A stretch of DNA of 20,000 nucleotides from IMG/VR virus record IMGVR_UViG_3300020577_006910; one strand, 5' to 3'. Positions 9,199-16,068 of the stretch are shown piece by piece. The stretch comes from an uncultured virus (IMG/VR IMGVR_UViG_3300020577_006910). Its lineage: Duplodnaviria; Heunggongvirae; Uroviricota; Caudoviricetes. A program made the translations under genes and the position numbers. The first letter of the stretch is position 1; each line of letters starts with the position of its first letter. The notes under the pieces were generated by a model that saw nothing but the letters and a program-made list of their open reading frames with translations, was not told the origin of the DNA and ran no database searches.

Positions 9199-9224
9199 GG
9201 ATAACGTCCTTTTTTACATAAAAG

Positions 9225-9336
9225 TTAAGCATAAGAATCAAAATAGACGCCATGCTTAGACCTCGCTAAAGGCAACACGTAAAAACGCCCAAACATTAAC
9301 TTGATAAGAGTACTTAAACTCATAGCTATACCTGAT
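9225..9336 (-). pseudogene. YxF-array member 5, truncated or frameshifted ([I]RYSYEFK..., ATC start)
   Basis: AAAGGAG-tttagct-ATC AGG TAT AGC TAT GAG TTT; stops at 9258-9256 after 26 codons; an overlapping frame continues ...FGRFYVLPLARSKHGVYFDSYA to TAA 9227-9225. Confidence 0.4.
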
Positions 9337-9396
9337 AGCTAAACTCCTTTGCTGTTAGCTGTTTGCACTAAACGTGAACAATTAACACAAAGTTAT

Positions 9397-9729
9397 TTAA
9401 TTAAAATCAATGCAAACACTATGACTAAAAATAATTGTAATAAAGTTTGAATGTTTACTAGCGCGGCTAGAATTAGCACTGGTGCGGCTAATGTCAGTAA
9501 TTGATATAGTTACGTAACTTAAAAAATACGGATCTGTGGCGTAAACGTAGTAACAGTGACTTGTGTACGAATAACAAGTTGAATGACTTCTTTTAACATA
9601 AGTACAAACAGTGTACAAACCAATTAAACGATAGACATAAACTGAATTAAAAATTTTTGGTAAATGCAGTATTGAGTTAACGGGAGTAAAATTAATTAAA
9701 TTATTAGAATCAAAATTATACAAAATCAT
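9397..9729 (-). CDS. YxF-array member 4 (110 aa, MILYNFD...), hypothetical
   Basis: Start re-called to ATG 9729, a 14-nt overlap with the upstream stop (track start 9774); N-terminal YNF. Confidence 0.65.
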   Translation of the reverse strand: MILYNFDSNNLINFTPVNSILHLPKIFNSVYVYRLIGLYTVCTYVKRSHSTCYSYTSHCYYVYATDPYFLSYVTISITDISRTSANSSRASKHSNFITIIFSHSVCIDFN

Positions 9730-10012
9730 GAATCTCGTAATACGAATCTGCGTAATGTGGTTTAAAAATACCATCAGCCGTTTGATTAAAATATTGTCGG
9801 CATGTTAACGTAGCTAACCTATAAGGCTCGTGGTCTAAAAAAAATAATGGAAAACATACAAAGCTCACAAATGACATAGCCTCACTATTCCGCTGATAGC
9901 ACAAACAGTACTGATCAGTGTGCGACATAAAACGCCCTCCGGGAAGTGAACAATAGTTAGCTATAAAACAACTAGAATTACCTCTAAAAACATAAGCTTT
10001 GTTAACGCGAAT
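9716..10012 (-). CDS. YxF-array member 3 (~98 aa, [I]RVNKAYVFRG...), probable ATT start (track calls a shorter ORF from 9928)
   Basis: TAAGGAG-aagcgtc-ATT CGC GTT AAC AAA GCT TAT GTT TTT; 28 codons in frame upstream of ATG 9928. That ATG also has a GGAGG upstream, so either start is possible. Confidence 0.6.
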   Translation of the reverse strand: MRVNKAYVFRGNSSCFIANYCSLPGGRFMSHTDQYCLCYQRNSEAMSFVSFVCFPLFFLDHEPYRLATLTCRQYFNQTADGIFKPHYADSYYEIHDFV

Positions 10013-10041
10013 GACGCTTCTCCTTAGCGGGCGTTGTTTAA

Positions 10042-10449
10042 TTAGTTAAAATAGTTACAAAAGTGTTTGCTGCAACGAAGCTTAAATACGTACTCACTAT
10101 AAGGGACGTTAACCGAGCAATATCTACGTTCATTCATGTCTGAAGGCGTACGCGTAACCCAAGTCAAATTAGGTAAAGAACAAAACCTAAAAAAGTTTAC
10201 ATTTACATAAAAAAAATATTCAGCCTTACACGAACGATCATCGTGTGTAAACATAGAATAATTTACACGTACGTACAACCGTGAGAAAGCAGATATTTCA
10301 AATCCATAAGATAGACAATAAAGACTAGCTAAAGAATAAGCGCAAAATTGTTTATCTAACGCAGTAACTGATTTAACTGCAGAATACTCATGCACACGCA
10401 TAGACGTTAAAGTACATAAATTACCAAATTTAAAGCTATAAAAAATCAT
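10042..10449 (-). CDS. YxF-array member 2 (135 aa, MIFYSFKF...), hypothetical
   Basis: 14-nt overlap with the upstream member; N-terminal YSF. Confidence 0.72.
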   Translation of the reverse strand: MIFYSFKFGNLCTLTSMRVHEYSAVKSVTALDKQFCAYSLASLYCLSYGFEISAFSRLYVRVNYSMFTHDDRSCKAEYFFYVNVNFFRFCSLPNLTWVTRTPSDMNERRYCSVNVPYSEYVFKLRCSKHFCNYFN

Positions 10450-10735
10450 AGAAGTCGTACAACTCAGCTATCTCTGTGACAATAACAGCGCGTTCAGATG
10501 TACCGTAAGCAGCTTTTTTTAAAAGTACGCTTTGCATTTTTGAAAAGCAAATCGCACCAGCTCCAAAAGCCACACCACGATTAACTGAAGGTAAAACCAG
10601 TAAATTTATGTATAGGTTAGACAAAGAAGTAAAACAATAAGAATAAAGTGACATCGTATCGTCGCGATTGTTGTAAAGGGAACAATAACTGTGAGTTAAC
10701 GAAGGTTTACGTGTATAAGTGTAAACTGTAGCCAA
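10436..10735 (-). CDS. YxF-array member 1 (99 aa, MATVYTYTRK..., TTG start), hypothetical
   Basis: Strong SD AAGGGAGGT directly upstream; N-terminal YTY variant. Confidence 0.7.
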   Translation of the reverse strand: MATVYTYTRKPSLTHSYCSLYNNRDDTMSLYSYCFTSLSNLYINLLVLPSVNRGVAFGAGAICFSKMQSVLLKKAAYGTSERAVIVTEIAELYDFYDFL

Positions 10736-10821
10736 CCAACCTCCCTTAATGTTAGGTGTTTGTAAGGCTCAATGTAAAAGATTGTTTAATGTGTAAAGAT
10801 ACTCGTCTTTAAATAAAGAAA

Positions 10822-10960
10822 AAACAAATTTACGCCGAAGGCGGAAATTTGTTTATTTGGTGACGAAGACGAAGTCGGAGTCACCTAATTCCTTTTTTTC
10901 TCGAAGGCTATCCTTACAGCACTCCGAGTGAAACGAGGAGTAGCGAGTAAGGAGCCGAGA
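10822..10960 (+). other. Cluster of three GAA-triloop hairpins (structured ssDNA/RNA element; candidate origin, ss-initiation site or hairpin promoter)
   Basis: H1 10822-10854: aaacaaattt-a-cgcc-GAA-ggcg-g-aaatttgttt. H2 10859-10885: ggtgac-gaa-gac-GAA-gtc-gga-gtcacc. H3 10899-10960: tctc/gaga, ggc/gcc, tccttac/gtaagga, gc/gc, actcc/ggagt, ga.ga, gt-GAA-ac. Confidence refers to the structure, not a function. Confidence 0.8.
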
Positions 10961-10980
10961 GACTTAATCAAATTTTATAT

Positions 10981-10996
10981 GCTTGGGAACCCAAGC
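10981..10996. repeat. Short perfect inverted repeat
   Basis: gcttggg-aa-cccaagc. Confidence 0.85.
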
Positions 10997-11020
10997 TCTT
11001 GTATATATAAGTAGTGGAAC

Positions 11021-11069
11021 TTTGAACGAACGGTGGTAAACCTTCAGAATTTTGAACGAACGGTGGTAA
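11021..11069. repeat. Two perfect 19-bp direct repeats with 30-bp period (iteron/operator-like)
   Basis: tttgaacgaacggtggtaa at 11021-11039 and 11051-11069, each preceded by gaaY. Confidence 0.92.
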
Positions 11070-11119
11070 TTAGACATTTTAATTTAATTAGACGCTTAAT
11101 TGATATTAAAATGTCTAAT
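11069..11119. repeat. 15-bp perfect AT-rich inverted repeat with additional inner pairing
   Basis: attagacattttaat (11069-11083) / attaaaatgtctaat (11105-11119); inner ttaatta/taattga. Confidence 0.9.
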
Positions 11120-11135
11120 CAGTATTTTTACTTAT

Positions 11136-12473
11136 CTAAGTTGGTATTTGTACGGTGTGCATGCCATTAAACTCGACATAATCGTGTATGTACCATTCCA
11201 GCCAATGTGTTTTATTTCTATTGGCCAATTCTTCAAACAGCTTATAGTTTTTTACCAGATACTCTTTAAATTGCTTTAACTGCACTAATCCAGTAAATAT
11301 AAAATTATTAAAGCAAAGAACTGGATCTTCGCCAGTTGCCAGATATTTTAGTGCGTCAAGCATGGAATCTGCTTCATACAGGTTTACTACTTGCACTTTG
11401 TACATTGGGTTAGCTTCTAGGTTTTTTATGTAGCGCTGTATACGCCTTACTGTAGCCTTCTGGTTGTTTTTGGCTATGTAGGCTACAGTGACGTCTACAA
11501 ATGTTCCTGATGGATCTAATGCGGTATTAGCCGGAATACTATTAATAACTCTATATACCTCTTCACCTTTTTCGGTTAACTTGTCTACGGCTTTTCTAGT
11601 TAATTCCTTTAAAGGTTCGCGTATATTTTTTAGATACCCGTACTGAAAACGATAAGTAAAATATATAACTTTGTATTTAACGCTTGGATCAACAGGCTTT
11701 TTAACTTCTTCATCAAATACAGCGTGTATCTTTCTAATCCAGCACCATGGGCATAATTTGTAGTTATTGCATACAATTAGTCCGTGTTTACTGGTTATTT
11801 TTTTAACTATTGAGTTTTTGTTTAGCTGTAGTTCTTCTACTAAGGTGTCTTTTTTTAAATGCCATCCACCTACTTGCGGTACGCAAAACCTTGTAGAGTA
11901 CAACGCTCTTAATGCAGAGTTTAAACTATGCTGCGCTACTCTGCCGTTTGCGGTGTAGCTCTCAATAGTTTTCTTGTTTTCGATTTTTCCAGTTATGTCG
12001 GTAAAACCAACAGACATTACGGTTGGATTTATTACCCCATCGAATAATAACCCACGTAATGCAATATATTGTTTAATAGCGTTTGTTAGTGGGTCGCTGC
12101 TATAGGATTTAGTCATGTATGCGTCTAGTACAGTTAGATACGGTTTCATGCCTCTAAATAAAATTTTTTCGTAGAGTTCATCTGCCATCCAACCATAGTA
12201 CCTGTCGACTTTTGCTTTAAGTAGCAGTTCTTCTATTGAGCTGCTGTTTAACCCAAGTCGATTATGTGCTAGTTGTGGATTAAGTGTAATTACTTTGTTT
12301 TTTATGTTTAAATTATATTTAGCTAAAGACCAGTGAGCAAAACCATTTACAGGTACACGTTCTTTTGGTAGTATGTGTTTCTGTACTTGCAATAATTTTC
12401 TTTTTGATAGCGTTCCATTTATTTTTGGTAGGTCGTTTAAATTAACTGAGGTTTTTATATGTCCGTCGCTCAT
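11136..12473 (-). CDS. Hypothetical basic protein (445 aa) with C-x5-C-P-x-C Zn motif; possibly a degenerate HUH/rolling-circle Rep-like origin-binding protein
   Basis: Long Lys-rich ORF; VCNNYKLCPWCWIRK resembles the CxxRLCPxC..RR motif of Rep_1/IS91-type proteins; later VIYFTYR (motif I-like) and ALKYLAT (motif III-like); no H-U-H. The CDS is solid and the function is tentative. Confidence 0.55.
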   Translation of the reverse strand: MSDGHIKTSVNLNDLPKINGTLSKRKLLQVQKHILPKERVPVNGFAHWSLAKYNLNIKNKVITLNPQLAHNRLGLNSSSIEELLLKAKVDRYYGWMADELYEKILFRGMKPYLTVLDAYMTKSYSSDPLTNAIKQYIALRGLLFDGVINPTVMSVGFTDITGKIENKKTIESYTANGRVAQHSLNSALRALYSTRFCVPQVGGWHLKKDTLVEELQLNKNSIVKKITSKHGLIVCNNYKLCPWCWIRKIHAVFDEEVKKPVDPSVKYKVIYFTYRFQYGYLKNIREPLKELTRKAVDKLTEKGEEVYRVINSIPANTALDPSGTFVDVTVAYIAKNNQKATVRRIQRYIKNLEANPMYKVQVVNLYEADSMLDALKYLATGEDPVLCFNNFIFTGLVQLKQFKEYLVKNYKLFEELANRNKTHWLEWYIHDYVEFNGMHTVQIPT

Positions 12474-12908
12474 AGACCATCTGCTTTAAGTCAAGAAGAG
12501 GTTCAAAGTTTACAGGTAGATCTAGATAAGACGCTACAGCCTTTGTTGCAAAAATATCCAGAGCTTGATTCTCTGGGTATATTTTTTTCTTGGCGTGTAC
12601 CCACTAATGCACATGGTATTTTAGTGGTAAATAAGTCGATAGAACACGTACAAACTGACTCAGCTAAAAATACCGGTTTAACTGTTGAGCAGTTATTTAA
12701 TCTACTTCGTTCTTCCGGTCACATGTCGCTAGTGCTTCAACGTGCTTTAGAGGTAAGTGTAAACGAAGCTTTTTTATACGCAGATAAGGCGCTTGAAACC
12801 GCTGAGAATGTTTTAAAGGGTGTCAAAGAACAAGCTGAAAACAGCAAACCAACCAGAGATATATCTACCTCTGATCAGTTGGACACCCTGATTAATACAG
12901 AGAATTAA
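12459..12908 (+). CDS. Hypothetical protein (149 aa)
   Basis: GAGGT SD upstream; normal composition; fills the gap between neighbours. Confidence 0.75.
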   Translation: MSVAHRPSALSQEEVQSLQVDLDKTLQPLLQKYPELDSLGIFFSWRVPTNAHGILVVNKSIEHVQTDSAKNTGLTVEQLFNLLRSSGHMSLVLQRALEVSVNEAFLYADKALETAENVLKGVKEQAENSKPTRDISTSDQLDTLINTEN

Positions 12909-12909
12909 C

Positions 12910-13197
12910 TTAGTTACGTAAAAAGTAAAGAGCTGCCCACACCAATGCAATAGATGCAAAAGGTGCAAGTACTCCCACGTTAGTCAGAAGAAGTAACATG
13001 TAAGTTAGGCCAACGGACCAACTGGCCAAACAAATGTTACATTCTATAGCTTTTACATAGAGCTTAGAAAATTTAGATTCTTTTGCCCGCATCTGCTCGA
13101 GTAGATTTCTACCCAGGGGGGAAAATCCCAGTAACAGGGCGAACGTCATGGCTGTAAGCGTCGATAGCAGCATGTAATACAGATTTATTGTAAGCAT
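12910..13197 (-). CDS. Small membrane protein (95 aa) with CxxC-x3-W, DUF1360-like
   Basis: About three hydrophobic segments; motif IECNICLASW. Confidence 0.6.
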   Translation of the reverse strand: MLTINLYYMLLSTLTAMTFALLLGFSPLGRNLLEQMRAKESKFSKLYVKAIECNICLASWSVGLTYMLLLLTNVGVLAPFASIALVWAALYFLRN

Positions 13198-14056
13198 ATT
13201 TAATTAGTAAATCTCCAAATACCGAGGGGTATACCTCTTCGCTGTATTTGGCTGGTATCTCTATTGGTACTCCAATAATGTATTTAATAAAGATATAAGA
13301 CAGTTCGAGGTGAATAAGGTAATCAATCTTTTTATCTTTATTGTCTTTAAATTTTTCAATCTTCTCAATTAGCTCATTTTGATAAGGTGTAAATACTTTT
13401 TCAAATATACTAGGTTGTTTCATGTTGTATTCAGCTACGATGTAATCTAAAGCTAAATCACTTAAAATTTGTTTTTGTATTGGTGCGTAATGTTGTATGT
13501 GTTCATTAGGTTTCTGCAATGCAGACGTAAAAGTAATGTTGATGTGTCTATACGTTGCATACGCCAGCATAGTGACATACGCGTTATTTGTTTTATATAG
13601 CGAGTACGTTTCTTTGAGTAAGCTAATAGTTGTTCGTAAAAGAAGTACATGTAATAACAATACGCAAATATTAAATATATCTGTATGATTGTAAGTTAGG
13701 TAGTTTACTACGCAATTTATGCCCAGGCTAATAATACATGTAAACGCAAGTACTGCTAACAGACTTGCTGTAAACAATTTTTCGTGTATATCTCTTTTAC
13801 ATACAATAGCCTCTGTCCATGCAAACTCAGGTGACTCCATAACAGCTATTGCAATATACATACGTAATTGAGTCTCAATACGTTGTTTAGTTACATCTTT
13901 ATTGATATACCTGTTAGGAAAAAGCAGTAGCTTTACCAAAAAAATTACGTTGTTACACGCTTCAATCAATATTTCTTTTAGCTTTGATAGTTTTGCATTG
14001 AATACGTTCCTAATCACGTAAAACAACGTTAACTGGTCGTCAGGTATCGAGGCCAT
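13109..14056 (-). CDS. Hypothetical membrane protein (315 aa)
   Basis: Long ORF with two adjacent hydrophobic segments (LFTASLLAVLAFTCIISLGINCVV; IFNICVLLLHVLLL). Confidence 0.75.
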   Translation of the reverse strand: MASIPDDQLTLFYVIRNVFNAKLSKLKEILIEACNNVIFLVKLLLFPNRYINKDVTKQRIETQLRMYIAIAVMESPEFAWTEAIVCKRDIHEKLFTASLLAVLAFTCIISLGINCVVNYLTYNHTDIFNICVLLLHVLLLRTTISLLKETYSLYKTNNAYVTMLAYATYRHINITFTSALQKPNEHIQHYAPIQKQILSDLALDYIVAEYNMKQPSIFEKVFTPYQNELIEKIEKFKDNKDKKIDYLIHLELSYIFIKYIIGVPIEIPAKYSEEVYPSVFGDLLIKYAYNKSVLHAAIDAYSHDVRPVTGIFPPG

Positions 14057-14229
14057 TCAGCGGTTCTCACTTGATTGCCTGTAATAATTAATGGTAGAAT
14101 AGGGGACGGTGGTTTTCTTGAGTGCGTAGGTAAATCGAGCAACTTAAAACGAACAACAGCTTTTGGTGTTACGTAATAACGTTTACGTTGTAAATAGCGA
14201 ATAGCTGTATATTTAAAAGTAAGTGCCAT
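14029..14229 (-). CDS. Small basic hypothetical protein (66 aa, MALTFKY...; track start 14256)
   Basis: Fills the space between the 315-aa gene and the terminase; its ATG (CAT 14227-14229) abuts the terminase ATG. Confidence 0.45.
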   Translation of the reverse strand: MALTFKYTAIRYLQRKRYYVTPKAVVRFKLLDLPTHSRKPPSPILPLIITGNQVRTAEWPRYLTTS

Positions 14230-16068
14230 ATGGCTTCTCCTGATATAGTTAATCAATTAGTTGAATGGTCAAACTCGCAGAACACTGCAAATCCTTTGCC
14301 GTTAAACAAAGGTTTACGTTTAATATCTGATTTGTACAAGAACAAGAACTGCGATACTCTAGTACCTATTTTACCATTATTACTTAGCCTAAAAGGCAGA
14401 CCTTTTACATTAAAAGATCACATGCCCATGGAGCCTCTCTATAGGTTTAGAGATGTCCCTTTGAACACGCTAGTTAAATGCGGACGCCAGGTATCTAAGT
14501 CAACTAGTCTAGCTGCAACAAGCATAATGTTTAATGCTATTACTCCGTATTTAAATACCCTATGCGTAAATCCTTTATTTGAACAAATTCGTCGTTTCTC
14601 TAATAACTCTGTACGCCCCTTTATCGAAGAGTCACCTGTAAGAAAGTTAATCCAAGGTGAGACCGACGTAGATAACTCTGTTCTACAGCGCACGTTTTCA
14701 AACGGTTCAAATTTATTTTTTACGTTTGCTTACATAGATGCAGAGCGTGCTCGCGGTATTCCTGCAGATATTATTAAATTTGACGAAATTCAAGATATAG
14801 ACCAGGACTTTATTCCAGTTATTGTTTCGTGTTCAGACGCTTCGCAGTACGGTCTTATTCAAATGTCCGGTACGCCTAAGACGCTTGATAATCCAATTGA
14901 GATGTTTTGGCAGAAAAGCAGTCAAGCGCACTGGACAGTTCGCTGTGGATGCGGTCACTATAACATTGCTACTCTAGAGTGCGGTTTAATGGATATGTTG
15001 CAAGACCATGGATTTGCGTGCTGTAAGTGCTCTAAGTTACTTAACACACGCGAAGGATTTTTCTACCACATGTACGCTGATAGAAAAGAGATGTTTCCGG
15101 GTTACCACATACCGCAATGCGTTATGCCCATGCATTGTGAAAACGAACGTCGTTGGTATATGTTAATGGACAAAAAACGAAACTGGAAACAGTATTTATT
15201 CTTAAACGAAGTTTTAGGCGAAAGCTGTGACTCTGGTCAACGTTTAGTCACAGGAGCGCAACTCAGACGTTCGGCTAATCTACCTTGGAACTTAAATAGA
15301 GAAGAGGGTTTAGCCGCAAGACATTCAACTGACTATACTTCCGTTGTAATGGGTGTTGACTGGGGTGGCGGTGGTGCAGGTATAGTTAAAAAACGTAAAA
15401 ATAAAATTATTGTAGAAAATGGTACTCCGTCATATACCGTAATGACTGTTGTTGGGTTTAGACGCAATACGATTGAACCTGAAGTAATATACGCTGAGCG
15501 ATTAAATCCATCTTTAACACCTACAGAAGAAGCAAACTATATATGTAAAAGCTTTTTTGAGTTTAAGTGCTCTATTTTTGCGCATGATTACGGTGGCGCA
15601 GGTGCGTTACGTGAAACCATTATTCTACAAGCTAACTTACCTGAAGATGTGTTAATGCCGTGTATCTATACGCGTGCACCATCGCAACCGATTGTGCAAT
15701 ACGTACCGCCTTCACTAAACAGACCACGTCGTTACTATTCAGTAGATAAAGCAAGATCTTTATTGCTACTCTGCTCTGTTTTAAACGCCGGATTAATACG
15801 TTTTCCGAAGTGGCCAGATGTTAAGGATAACGCTGCTTGTCTTTATGAGGATTTTTTAGCTCTCATCGAAACAAAGACAGAGAATCCACGTGGATCTGAT
15901 GTATATCTGGTGGTTAAAAATCCGTCTTGGCCGGATGACTTTTGTCATTCTTTAAATTTAGCGTGCTTAGCCAGTTGGCACAGCTTACAACAATACCCTG
16001 ATCTTGCCGCTAAATTTGGTGTTTCTTATGGACCCGAAACACCTGACGTTCCTGCTAATGATGCGTAA
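14230..16068 (+). CDS. terL: Phage terminase large subunit (GpA-like ATPase plus RNase H-fold nuclease)
   Basis: Walker A-type KCGRQVSKST, RG..ADIIKFDE Walker B, SGTP coupling motif, Zn-ribbon Cys pairs (CGCGH, CCKC), NEVLGE, nuclease GVDWG and C-terminal PDDFCH. Confidence 0.9.
   Translation: MASPDIVNQLVEWSNSQNTANPLPLNKGLRLISDLYKNKNCDTLVPILPLLLSLKGRPFTLKDHMPMEPLYRFRDVPLNTLVKCGRQVSKSTSLAATSIMFNAITPYLNTLCVNPLFEQIRRFSNNSVRPFIEESPVRKLIQGETDVDNSVLQRTFSNGSNLFFTFAYIDAERARGIPADIIKFDEIQDIDQDFIPVIVSCSDASQYGLIQMSGTPKTLDNPIEMFWQKSSQAHWTVRCGCGHYNIATLECGLMDMLQDHGFACCKCSKLLNTREGFFYHMYADRKEMFPGYHIPQCVMPMHCENERRWYMLMDKKRNWKQYLFLNEVLGESCDSGQRLVTGAQLRRSANLPWNLNREEGLAARHSTDYTSVVMGVDWGGGGAGIVKKRKNKIIVENGTPSYTVMTVVGFRRNTIEPEVIYAERLNPSLTPTEEANYICKSFFEFKCSIFAHDYGGAGALRETIILQANLPEDVLMPCIYTRAPSQPIVQYVPPSLNRPRRYYSVDKARSLLLLCSVLNAGLIRFPKWPDVKDNAACLYEDFLALIETKTENPRGSDVYLVVKNPSWPDDFCHSLNLACLASWHSLQQYPDLAAKFGVSYGPETPDVPANDA

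Noticed and set aside
3890..10735. Stop-codon recoding (TAG or TGA read-through) as the reason for the many short ORFs
   Set aside because: Core genes are full length in the standard code. Array ORFs end in TAA, TAG and TGA and switch frame at junctions, and each new ORF restarts with its own YxF head.
3890..10735. Classical diversity-generating retroelement
   Set aside because: No reverse transcriptase, and no template/variable repeat pair differing only at adenines, is visible in the window. Codons are not restricted to NNY. A remote RT elsewhere in the genome cannot be excluded.
3890..10735. Integron-like cassette array, with AACTAYnnnTTY as a DNA recombination site
   Set aside because: No attC-like palindromes between the ORFs (most overlap) and no integrase. 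The motif is always in frame and varies synonymously, which favours a peptide motif.
10745..10800. Sigma70-like promoter for the array (TTTACA...TAACAT or TACATT on the minus strand)
   Set aside because: Spacers are 18 or 15 nt and the matches are weak in an AT-rich background, so it is not supportable as a feature.
10859..10940. Hammerhead ribozyme (TGACGA...GAAAC resemblance)
   Set aside because: The core needs CUGANGA and GAAA flanking stem II. Here it is gUGACGA...GGAG, and the GAAAC lies in a separate hairpin.
11021..11069. Mini CRISPR array
   Set aside because: Only two 19-bp repeats with an 11-nt spacer, and no cas genes.
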